Assembly: GCA_964373795.1 (NCBI GenBank)
Contig: CAYJVY010000002.1
Location: 54,207-86,206 of the forward strand
Reading direction: 5' to 3'
Length of the DNA stretch: 32,000 nucleotides
Origin: an uncultured archaeon
GTDB lineage: Archaea; Iainarchaeota; Iainarchaeia; Iainarchaeales; DATDZZ01
Positions 8,936 through 16,524 of the stretch are shown piece by piece. Every line of letters starts with the position of its first letter. Position 1 is the first letter of the stretch. The translations under genes were made by a program, and so were the position numbers. The notes below the pieces were generated by a model, which saw nothing but the letters and a program-made list of their open reading frames with translations, did no database searches and was not told the DNA's origin.

Positions 8936-9553
8936 TTACACCTTCAAGTTTTTGCATTCAGTTTTAAATGACTCAACTTGTTTTTTTGATTCAGAGTTTT
9001 TTGATTCAAGGTTAGCAATACTTAAAGTTGATTCAGATACATTTAGCTTGGAAAATTCTTGAGGATTAGAAGACTTTAATTCATTTAATTTTGCTTCAAA
9101 ACTTTTTTGCGCGAAAACAAGTTTTTCTTCTGCTTGAACTGCTTTTTCTAAAAATGAAAGCTTAGAGCAAACCTGTTCATCAGTTGAAAACTCTGTTACA
9201 TCAAATTTAGCAGTATTTTCTTTAACTGCATTTGATTGTTCTGCTACTTCAAGTTTTAATAAAACTACTTCAGTTGTTAAACTTAAAGCCTTTCCTTCAG
9301 CGCTGGAAAGATTTAAAGAATTCTTAAAAGAATTTAATTCATTTTTTAAAGCAGTTAAATCTTTTCCTTTCACATCAGCTGCAAGAGGAGAAAAATTTAA
9401 TCCATTTTTTTGAAGCAAAGAATTCAATTCAGAAAGCCCTTCATCAAATGAAACAGTTTTTTTAACCATTAAAGGTAATACAAAAAAATACCCTAAAACA
9501 AGTACAACAATCACAGCCAATAAAATTCCTAAATTTTTAAACCGCGAATCCAT
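8936..9553 (-). CDS. N-terminally membrane-anchored coiled-coil protein (module copy 1)
   Basis: N-terminal TM helix LGILLAVIVVLVLGYFFVLPLM, helical E/K/L/N/S-rich remainder, 2 Cys (EQVCSK, KTECKN). It is the first gene of the five-gene operon. AT-rich TATA-like boxes (TTTTATATAA, AATTATATAC on the minus strand) lie at about 9600-9631 upstream. Confidence 0.7.
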   Translation of the reverse strand: MDSRFKNLGILLAVIVVLVLGYFFVLPLMVKKTVSFDEGLSELNSLLQKNGLNFSPLAADVKGKDLTALKNELNSFKNSLNLSSAEGKALSLTTEVVLLKLEVAEQSNAVKENTAKFDVTEFSTDEQVCSKLSFLEKAVQAEEKLVFAQKSFEAKLNELKSSNPQEFSKLNVSESTLSIANLESKNSESKKQVESFKTECKNLKV

Positions 9554-9666
9554 TAATTCAACTCTTTAAAGCTTTAAACTTTCAAGCATTAATACAGTGT
9601 ATATAATTTGATTAGAATACTTATATAAAAACCTAACCTTTTAGCGTTTGTTTTTCATTTAAAGAC

Positions 9667-9930
9667 TTAAAATTCAGTTTCATACACGTTTTTTCTATGC
9701 TTTACAGTTGCAATAATTACTTCATTAGAATTTGTTTTAATTGAATAAATAACTCTAAATTTTTCTATATGCAGGCTTCTAAAATTCTTGAAAACATTGC
9801 TTAAAGGTTTTCCAAGTTCAAGGGTTTGTTTTAGCTCTTCAATCTTTTTAATTAATTGAATCTTTAAAGATTTATCAATTTTCTTTAACTCCTTTAAAGC
9901 TTTAACAGAGTAAAATATTTCAAAACTCAT
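9667..9930 (-). CDS. Type II toxin, RelE/ParE superfamily (87 aa)
   Basis: Size and pattern are typical of the family: KALKELKKIDKSLKIQLIKKIEEL..LGKPL..FRSLHIEKFRVIYSI..EVIIATVKHRKNVY. Its ATG overlaps the upstream small ORF's TGA as ATGA. Confidence 0.75.
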   Translation of the reverse strand: MSFEIFYSVKALKELKKIDKSLKIQLIKKIEELKQTLELGKPLSNVFKNFRSLHIEKFRVIYSIKTNSNEVIIATVKHRKNVYETEF

Positions 9931-10103
9931 TTCAAACCTAGTTCCTTTAATACTTTTTCATGGTTAATTGTTTTTCCTTCTCTATGCTCTTTTTCTGCTA
10001 AAGCTATTGCCTTTAAATCTTTTAATAGCTCTGCATCACTAATTTGCTTTTCAATAGCACTCCTAGCAACTTCACTCCACTTAAATTCAGGGTGAATCTT
10101 CAT
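9927..10103 (-). CDS. Cognate antitoxin candidate (58 aa as read; possibly N-terminally truncated by an in-frame TAG)
   Basis: My hand translation gives MKIHPEFKWSEVARSAIEKQISDAELLKDLKAIALAEKEHREGKTINHEKVLKELGLK. There is a 4-nt ATGA overlap with the toxin. An upstream in-frame ATG at 10148 reads MVNIT-TAG-SVSKDLYEK before this Met. Confidence 0.55.
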   Translation of the reverse strand: MKIHPEFKWSEVARSAIEKQISDAELLKDLKAIALAEKEHREGKTINHEKVLKELGLK

Positions 10104-10324
10104 TTTTTCATACAGGTCTTTAGAAACAGACTAAGTAATATTAACCATTAAATAAACTATTTGTAATATGTGCAAACAAATATTTAGATATATTGAAATA
10201 AATTCGTTTTTAGAAATTAATTTGGGTTTTAATAGAAAAAACAAAAAAATAATTTTAACCTACTCTTTACATGAAATTATCAAATAAAAAAAAAGAAAAA
10301 GAAAGGAGGAGAGGGTTAATGTAT

Positions 10325-11089
10325 TTAAGGTACTGTAACCAATGCATCTTCTATTACACCCATTGCTGCCATCTGTGATCGAACAGATAGAAGATCTGGA
10401 CGAGTTTTCTTTAACTCCGTACGCAAAGCATCAAATTGTGTGTGTAAGTCAAGAAAACCTGGTACATCCTTTGCTTTCGAAAGTGCATCAAATTTAGCTC
10501 CTAATTCAGCAAATGCTGCTGGATTAAGTGCCTTTTTTACCATAGCTCCACCTTCAAGAACTTGCTGAACTGTAAACTGGCGGTCTCGAAGTAAGGCGCT
10601 AGCAGTTGTATTAATATTTTTAGAATGCTCTGGAAGCGCGTTTTCAAGTACTGAAGTTACTTCTTTAAGATCCCTAGCAGATACTTCTTCAACTCTTTGT
10701 TGCTTCATTGCAGCATTACCGTATTTACCAACATAAAATTTGTTAACACTTGCAAGTGCATCTTTAAGATGAACTATTTGGGCTGCTAAAGCCTCTCTTC
10801 TTGTTTCCCATTTTCTAATTTTTTTCTCAAGTCTATTCATTCTCCACTTAGGGAAAAACCAACTAAACCTGCCAGCTTGAACACCTGCTTGTCTAGCTCT
10901 TAATCTAGCTATTTTTTCCTCCACTTTAGCAAGCCTTTCACCCTCTAATTTTCCAACTCTTTCCTCAGTTTTTAAAGATCTTTTCTCTAATTGAGGTGCT
11001 GCTCTTCTTAATTCAGCAGCAGCTCTAGCTTTTCCAGCTTCAGCTGCAGCCGCAGTCAACTTTTTATATCGTTCCATTGGACGTCTCAT
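10325..11089 (-). CDS. Hypothetical Ala/Arg-rich coiled-coil protein (254 aa), compositionally atypical
   Basis: Strong SD (GGAGGAGAG) upstream of the ATG. Local GC is about 42% against about 30% in neighbours. The Ala/Arg/Leu-rich protein (AAAAEAGKARAAAELRRAAPQLEKR...) is unlike the Lys/Glu/Asn/Ile-rich neighbours. It is flanked by ~220-250-nt AT-rich spacers. Confidence 0.6.
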   Translation of the reverse strand: MRRPMERYKKLTAAAAEAGKARAAAELRRAAPQLEKRSLKTEERVGKLEGERLAKVEEKIARLRARQAGVQAGRFSWFFPKWRMNRLEKKIRKWETRREALAAQIVHLKDALASVNKFYVGKYGNAAMKQQRVEEVSARDLKEVTSVLENALPEHSKNINTTASALLRDRQFTVQQVLEGGAMVKKALNPAAFAELGAKFDALSKAKDVPGFLDLHTQFDALRTELKKTRPDLLSVRSQMAAMGVIEDALVTVP

Positions 11090-11339
11090 TCATTCTCTCC
11101 TCCATAGAATACAAATTTATTGATAAAATTATAATTAATTTATAAGTTTTTGGATATTTAAAGGTTTGCAAGAAAGCTTTTAAATGAAACAAATTAACGT
11201 GAAAAAATTACTTCTCTTTGATTTTTTTTCTTTTATATTAGTTTTTATATCAATAAATTGTCATCGTAAATTGTCGAAAGAAGACAAAGATTATTAACTT
11301 CTTTTATGCAATTTTTTTACTGAAAAAAAGGTTGAAAAA

Positions 11340-12107
11340 ATGGTTAAAGCAATTGAGTCTGGAAAAGGAATTGCATTAATGTTTTCAGAAGAAGAAGTTA
11401 GAAAACTAGGATTAAAACTGGATGCAAAATATGAAGTGAATAAAGCAAAAGAAAACTTGTATGTGTTAACTGCAGTAGAGCCTTCAATGGATGAGCAAAT
11501 AATTTCTTTAGTGCATGAAACTCCTTTCAAGAACAGAGTTGAAGGAGTGTTTGAAAAAACTCTTGATAAAGATGCTTTGAAAAGATTTAAGGAAATGGTT
11601 GAAGAAGGAAAAATCATTAAATTCAAGTTATCAGAAAAATACAAAAAACCAATTTATAAAACACTTGAAGAAGTTAAAGGAAAACCAATAGAAAAAACTG
11701 AGAGTTTTCCGCCAAAAACAAGTTCAGTAAAAGAATTCGAAATGCCAAAATTAGAAGCAGAAGAAGATATGGAAAACTATTCCTTAGAAAAACACGGATT
11801 TATTGCTTCAAAAAACGGGGAAAGAATTAGACAATTAAGTCATGACTTGCGAACAGAATTTGAAGAAAGAGAATTAAAAGGAATTAAATCATTTGAAGGA
11901 ACTTACTATTTAATTAAAACTCAGTTATATAATTCAGTGAAAGAAAAAGTTTTGAAAGAATTAAAAGAAAAAAAAGAATCAAAACTGGAAAACTTAATTC
12001 AAAAACTTCAATTAAATCCTGAATTAATTAAAATGACTTGCGAGTTTTTAAAAGAAGAAGGAGAATTAATTGAAAAACAAAAAAATTTATTTAAATACGT
12101 GGATTAA
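11340..12107 (+). CDS. Hypothetical protein (255 aa), possibly winged-helix-like segments
   Basis: Long ORF with the window's typical K/E-rich composition and no motif I can name confidently. Confidence 0.55.
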   Translation: MVKAIESGKGIALMFSEEEVRKLGLKLDAKYEVNKAKENLYVLTAVEPSMDEQIISLVHETPFKNRVEGVFEKTLDKDALKRFKEMVEEGKIIKFKLSEKYKKPIYKTLEEVKGKPIEKTESFPPKTSSVKEFEMPKLEAEEDMENYSLEKHGFIASKNGERIRQLSHDLRTEFEERELKGIKSFEGTYYLIKTQLYNSVKEKVLKELKEKKESKLENLIQKLQLNPELIKMTCEFLKEEGELIEKQKNLFKYVD

Positions 12108-12119
12108 AGTGAAAACAAA

Positions 12120-12500
12120 ATGACTAGAATTTTATTGCCCTTAATTTCAAGGCATGAAAACAATGCTGCATTCATTGAAGAAGCAACAAAAAAAGTTAAA
12201 GAAGCAATAATTTTACTAATAGTTGACAGTTTTAATCCAGGATATGGATTTAATGCATCAGAATTAAGAGATGGAACAAAATTATTAGAAGAAGTTAAAA
12301 CCTTAATTGGCCTGAAAAGAAAAACAGCAATTGATTTAACTGTTTGGGGAGAAACAAAAGAAAAAATAATTAACACTGCAATAATTCGAGGAGTGGAAAG
12401 AATTGTTTTAATTCGCTCTCAAGAATCTTGGTTTAAAGAATTAGAAAAAGATTTAAGAAAAAAATTAAAAAAAGAAAAAATTACAGTTCATGTAATTTGA
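12120..12500 (+). CDS. Universal stress protein (UspA)-like alpha/beta protein
   Basis: 126 aa. ILLPL..(beta1), AIILLIVD (beta), GETKEKIINTAIIRGVERIVL resembling the USP C-terminal G-x2-G..(S/T) region. This is weak, pattern-level evidence only. Confidence 0.4.
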   Translation: MTRILLPLISRHENNAAFIEEATKKVKEAIILLIVDSFNPGYGFNASELRDGTKLLEEVKTLIGLKRKTAIDLTVWGETKEKIINTAIIRGVERIVLIRSQESWFKELEKDLRKKLKKEKITVHVI

Positions 12501-12542
12501 AACCAAATACGTTGAAATCATTTTTGATATAACTTTTTTACT

Positions 12543-13472
12543 TCACAGCAAAGGACCAATTAGTAATGGCAGAATAACTGTTGCATCTCCTTCAATTGTT
12601 ACAAATTTTGCGTCTTCTTTTACTTTGCCCCAAGAAATTCCTTCTTGTACTCTTGCTCCTGACAAGCTTCCATCCCATTCAGGAGCAGTAGTAATATAAA
12701 CTGCAAAATCTAATCCACCTTTGAATTGATTCCACCAAATTGTGTGATGCTTGCTTATTCCTCCTCCAATCATTAATGCTCCAGATTTTTTATCAGCAAA
12801 CATAATATCTGAAAGAAATTTTTCATCTTTGAATACATCTATTTTGAAGTCTTTGTGTTCTTCCATGAACATTAATAATTGTGTTCCAAATGCTCCGTCT
12901 GTTATGCCTGGAACGATCATTGGAATTTGATTTTTGTAACACCAATAAAGTATAGAGTTTTCATTTTTCACTCTTTTACCTATTTCCCAAACAAGTTCAA
13001 ATGTGGATAATTCTTTCTTGCCTGAAGTATAGATGTCTGTTAAAATTGGTTGAATGTTTTTTTCAATTGCTTCGCCATAGCTTTCGTTTGGCACAAAAAC
13101 ATTTCCAAGCCTATTAATTCCTTGTTTGAAGAGTTTTCTGTCATCTGCTTCAAATTCGCCATGATAATAGTTTTTATAAATTCTTGCAAAATCATGGTCA
13201 AGTGTTCCACAAGTAGTAATAATTATGTTGAATAACTTGTTTTTAATTAAGTCTTTAATAATTCCCCTGCAACCAGTGGCAATAATGCATGCAGGAAAAG
13301 ACAAAAAATTATTTGAATTCTTTTCTGCAAGCATTTGTTTTAAAATTTTCGAGCCTACTCCAATTTTTTTTGCAACAAAGCCACCACTCTTATAATACTC
13401 TTCAACAATTTCTTCTAATGTCAGGCTTTTGCTTACTTTAATGTCTTCTACTACTTTATTTAATTCTTTCAT
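12543..13472 (-). CDS. dys: Deoxyhypusine synthase
   Basis: MIGGGISKHHTIWWNQF, TAPEWDGSLSGARVQEGISWGKV and TTCGTLDHD motifs characteristic of DHS. SD GGAGAG lies upstream of the ATG. Confidence 0.9.
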   Translation of the reverse strand: MKELNKVVEDIKVSKSLTLEEIVEEYYKSGGFVAKKIGVGSKILKQMLAEKNSNNFLSFPACIIATGCRGIIKDLIKNKLFNIIITTCGTLDHDFARIYKNYYHGEFEADDRKLFKQGINRLGNVFVPNESYGEAIEKNIQPILTDIYTSGKKELSTFELVWEIGKRVKNENSILYWCYKNQIPMIVPGITDGAFGTQLLMFMEEHKDFKIDVFKDEKFLSDIMFADKKSGALMIGGGISKHHTIWWNQFKGGLDFAVYITTAPEWDGSLSGARVQEGISWGKVKEDAKFVTIEGDATVILPLLIGPLL

Positions 13473-14292
13473 TTTTTGCTCTCCAACCTAAAACTTTTTT
13501 GAAAACTTGTGCTGAAAGCATTGCAGTATTTGAATGCAATTTATCTGAAGCACATTCAACTATATCTAAACCAATTAATTTGTTTTTACAAGCTTTTTTT
13601 AGTAACTCAAAAACCTTAATTGGAGTTAAACCAAAAGGCTCTGGAGTTCCAACTTCAGAAGCATGAAATGGATCAAAGACATCCAAGTCAAAAGTTAAAT
13701 AAACAGGGTTTTCAGTTTTTTTAATGCTTTTTTTTATTGCTTGCTCAAATTCTTCTTTGTCTCCAGCTCTACAACCTACTTGGATTAATTCAAATTTTTT
13801 ATCCTTTATTAGTTGTTTAGCCCAAGAAATGTGTGAAAATTTTTCTCCAAGCCAGTCATCTTTTAAATCAAAATGCGCATCAAAATCTATAACTGTTATT
13901 TTTTCTTTAAAAAATTTTTTCAAAGAACTCAGTATACCTAAAGTAATTAAATGCTCTCCTCCAATGCATACTGGAAAAATTTTTTTGTTTTCATTAAACA
14001 GCCAATCAATTGTGTCTTGAATTCTGTCTTCGGTTAGTTTCCAGTTTCCTGGAACAACTTCAATATTTCCTAAATCAAAGAATTTGTATTTTTCAAATAT
14101 ATTTATTTTTAGTTCTTGATCCCAGCCAATCAAATTCTTTATTGCTTCTCTTACAAATAGCGGGCCATATCTTACTGGTCTTCCAAGTTCAGTTGAATCA
14201 AAAGGAATTCCAATTAATGCAATGTCTGCTTCCTGTGGTTGAGCATCGTAAACAAATGTTTTTTTAGTGTACAACATATCTTCTGATAACAA
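13456..14292 (-). CDS. speB: Agmatinase / ureohydrolase family
   Basis: Mn-binding motifs GGEHLIT, IDFDAHFDL, LTFDLDVFDP and GLDIVE. The 14292 start is TTG; the first ATG is at 14277, so the start is uncertain. It overlaps dys by 17 nt. Confidence 0.8.
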   Translation of the reverse strand: MLSEDMLYTKKTFVYDAQPQEADIALIGIPFDSTELGRPVRYGPLFVREAIKNLIGWDQELKINIFEKYKFFDLGNIEVVPGNWKLTEDRIQDTIDWLFNENKKIFPVCIGGEHLITLGILSSLKKFFKEKITVIDFDAHFDLKDDWLGEKFSHISWAKQLIKDKKFELIQVGCRAGDKEEFEQAIKKSIKKTENPVYLTFDLDVFDPFHASEVGTPEPFGLTPIKVFELLKKACKNKLIGLDIVECASDKLHSNTAMLSAQVFKKVLGWRAKNERIK

Positions 14293-14404
14293 ATATCTTG
14301 TTAAGAAAAATTTATTAATTCATAATTTTATTAATATAGTTGAAAAAAGGGTTTAAAATGAGTAAAAAAGAATTGATTTCTTACGCGTTGCATTAAAATG
14401 CATT

Positions 14405-15526
14405 TCACTCTTTTAATAAAAACTTGTGAAGCTTTTTTCTTGCAAGCTCTCGATTTTTTTGATGAGTTTTCAAAAAAGATGAAAGCTTGTTAATTAAAAT
14501 TGACTTTAATTCTCCTGAAAGCATTTTCCCAGACTTATATTCGTGATAAATTGATTCAAGTTTTTTATCGTTTTCTTCAAAGAATCGAAGCCATTGAAAA
14601 CTCATATCAATGTCTGGATTCCCGCCTAGTCTTCGATGCTCTGCAAGAGTTGGTTGTCCTCCAGAAAAAGCATATTTATTGATTTTATTTTTCATTTCAT
14701 CAATTGAATCAGTTGTAAAAATTGTTCCTTTTCCTCCTTCACTTGAAGACATTTTTCCTTCAAAGCCAAGCAAGGAAGGCAAAAAAATGCAATGCATTGC
14801 AGCAGTTTTAGGGTAACCAAGTTTTGGAGCAATGTCTCTAACAATTCTCCAATAAGGGTCTTGATCTATTGCAGAAGGAATTAAAGTGCGAATTTTTTTT
14901 CCTTTTAATTCGCTTGGCAAAAAACATGGAGCTGCTTGCATTGAAGGCCAAAAATACATTCCAATATTTGTTTCATTTGAAAAACCAAAAACAGCTTTAG
15001 CAGTTGAAGCAGTAACCTTTTTTGCAACCTGAATTGCAAGTTTATACAAGGTTTTAGAATATTCAGTGTCAATAATAATGTGCGTTTTTTTTGGATTAAA
15101 ACCTAAAGCAATTAAATCCAAAGCGTTTTCATGAGCCATGGAATTTGTTTGCTCTAAAGACAAATCTTGATTGTATAAAAATTTTTCATCATCAGTTATT
15201 TGAAAATACAAGTCAACTTTAAATGCTTCTTGCAAGTATTTAGTGAACATCCAAGGAATTAAATGCCCTAAATGAGTATGCCCTGAAGGCCCTCTGCCAG
15301 TGTATAAAGCAAATTCTTTTCCTTCAGAAAACTCTTTCAATAAAACATCTAATTCTCTGTGAGAAAAAAAAATTTTTCTCCGCAAAAAATGATGGCTTTT
15401 TCCAGCCAGTTTCTCGATTTGCCATACAAGCTCTGGAGTTAAATGAGTTGTACCAAATTCCTTGATTAGTTTATCGTAATCAACTAATCCTTCAACCTTC
15501 CAAGGAGTTACAACAAAGTCAGGCAT
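14405..15526 (-). CDS. trpS: Tryptophan--tRNA ligase, archaeal/eukaryotic type
   Basis: HIGH-type motif TGRGPSGHTHLGHLIP and KMSSS loop. The ~370-aa length is typical of archaeal TrpRS. Confidence 0.85.
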   Translation of the reverse strand: MPDFVVTPWKVEGLVDYDKLIKEFGTTHLTPELVWQIEKLAGKSHHFLRRKIFFSHRELDVLLKEFSEGKEFALYTGRGPSGHTHLGHLIPWMFTKYLQEAFKVDLYFQITDDEKFLYNQDLSLEQTNSMAHENALDLIALGFNPKKTHIIIDTEYSKTLYKLAIQVAKKVTASTAKAVFGFSNETNIGMYFWPSMQAAPCFLPSELKGKKIRTLIPSAIDQDPYWRIVRDIAPKLGYPKTAAMHCIFLPSLLGFEGKMSSSEGGKGTIFTTDSIDEMKNKINKYAFSGGQPTLAEHRRLGGNPDIDMSFQWLRFFEENDKKLESIYHEYKSGKMLSGELKSILINKLSSFLKTHQKNRELARKKLHKFLLKE

Positions 15527-15612
15527 TTAATCACACATTTTTAGGCAGAAAACTTAAAGAATTAATACAACAAAGAATTTATTAGTTTCTTTACATTAAA
15601 TGAAGTGAGAAA

Positions 15613-16122
15613 ATGAAGGAAAATATTTTAAGTGGAGAAAAAGTATTAGTTTTTGATAACACTGAAAAAAGCCAATTAATTCAACGCGGATTTGGAGAAA
15701 AAAAAGACAATTATTTAGTGTTAAGCTTGTTTGAAGTAATTTATTTAATGGAAAAAGGAAAATTTGAAGTACAAGATGAAAAAGGAAAAAACCTTTCATT
15801 AAAAGATTTATTCGAAATAGGGAAAGAAAAAAATTTTTTAAACAAATACACTGTATTCAAGGATTTAAGGGACAGAGGATTTGTAACTAAAACTGGTTTA
15901 AAATTCGGATTTGATTTCAGAGTATATCCTCGCGGAGCAAAACCAGGAGAAGAACACACTCAATGGGTTATACAAGTAAAAGGACAGGAAAACACTTGCT
16001 CTTGGACTGAATTCAGTAGAATGCTTCGCTTAAGCGGCAATTTGAAAACAACTTTTTTACAAGCAATAGTTGACTCAGAAAACGATGTAAACTATTACGA
16101 AATTAAAAGAATTACTCCTTAA
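15613..16122 (+). CDS. endA: tRNA-splicing endonuclease (short, homotetramer-type length)
   Basis: KTGLKFGFDFRVYPRGAKPGEEHTQWVIQV matches the EndA catalytic Y..H region. Length is 169 aa. Confidence 0.85.
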   Translation: MKENILSGEKVLVFDNTEKSQLIQRGFGEKKDNYLVLSLFEVIYLMEKGKFEVQDEKGKNLSLKDLFEIGKEKNFLNKYTVFKDLRDRGFVTKTGLKFGFDFRVYPRGAKPGEEHTQWVIQVKGQENTCSWTEFSRMLRLSGNLKTTFLQAIVDSENDVNYYEIKRITP

Positions 16123-16184
16123 GCTTGCTGCGAAATTTTCTTTTCAAACCAAACCTTTCTGCAAGTGAAAGCACTTCAAAATCT

Positions 16185-16358
16185 TTAGAAATCAAATCCT
16201 TGAACTGTTTTTCTTTTAGATCCATTGCATCTCTCGCAAGCTTTTTCCACTAATTCTTTTACAACTTTATCTAATCCATCTACTGCATCTCCAGCCATGT
16301 GCATTCCTTTGGATTTAACTAAATCAGCTACTTTAGATCTAACAACAAACTCAGCCAT
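16185..16358 (-). CDS. Short histone-fold protein (57 aa)
   Basis: I place the start at the ATG at 16358, preceded by GGGAGTGAT. The ORF-track N-terminus MMLFYQLFLSFVGVIE looks non-coding. MAEFVVRSKVADLVKSKGMHMAGDAVDGLDKVVKELVEKACERCNGSKRKTVQGFDF fits alpha1-L1-alpha2-L2 with an RKT-type L2 and a very short alpha3. Confidence 0.55.
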   Translation of the reverse strand: MAEFVVRSKVADLVKSKGMHMAGDAVDGLDKVVKELVEKACERCNGSKRKTVQGFDF

Positions 16359-16463
16359 TTCAATCACTCCCACAAAAGATAAAAATAATTGATAGAATAA
16401 CATCAAAGTGTTATTTAAAGCTAATCCTCAGTTTCTTAAACGGAGTGAAAGAAAATTCGAATT

Positions 16464-16524
16464 CCTGGTGCCTAAAAACAGTTAAAATTTTACCTCGTGG
16501 AATTAAATAACCTGGTGCCTAAAA
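16464..16524. repeat. Two perfect direct copies of CCTGGTGCCTAAAA
   Basis: The copies lie at 16464-16477 and 16511-16524, in the intergenic region between two minus-strand genes, and each is preceded by GAATT. The second copy abuts the stop codon at 16525. A 14-nt partial match (TGGTGCCTAAAATT) recurs at 26293-26306. Confidence 0.6.

Noticed and set aside
10131-10133. The in-frame TAG in the antitoxin frame might be a recoded (sense or Pyl) codon.
   Set aside because: TAG is apparently used as an ordinary stop in this window (folK ends in TAG at 18737-18739). A downstream Met gives a plausible product. A nonsense mutation or a native short form is more parsimonious.
10319-10378. A 19-codon Cys/His-rich ORF (MYLRYCNQCIFYYTHCCHL) behind a strong SD, antisense to the 3' end of 10325-11089.
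   Set aside because: It is too short and entirely antisense to a longer gene, so it may exist only because of the GGAGGAGAG motif. I mention it under the islet finding but do not call it as a gene.
11114-11275. A 12-bp inverted repeat AATTTATTGATA (11114-11125) / TATCAATAAATT (11248-11259), and the direct repeat AAATTGTC x2 (11255-11262, 11268-11275), in the spacer right of the foreign gene.
   Set aside because: They are AT-rich and short, with arms ~120 nt apart, so they are compatible with chance in this composition. They would only become interesting if comparative data showed an insertion boundary here.
16359-16406. N-terminal 16 codons (MMLFYQLFLSFVGVIE) of the ORF-track model 16185-16406.
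   Set aside because: The hydrophobic text is unlike the rest of the protein. A good SD (GGGAGTGAT) sits directly upstream of the internal ATG at 16358, which gives a clean histone-fold start.
16451-16480. TTCGAAT (T-loop-like) next to ..GGTGCC.. suggested a tRNA 3' half or a CCA-ending mini-helix.
   Set aside because: The flanking bases do not form a T-stem (GAAAA against TCCTG), and there is no acceptor or anticodon arm. TTCGAAT is simply part of the palindrome AATTCGAATT.
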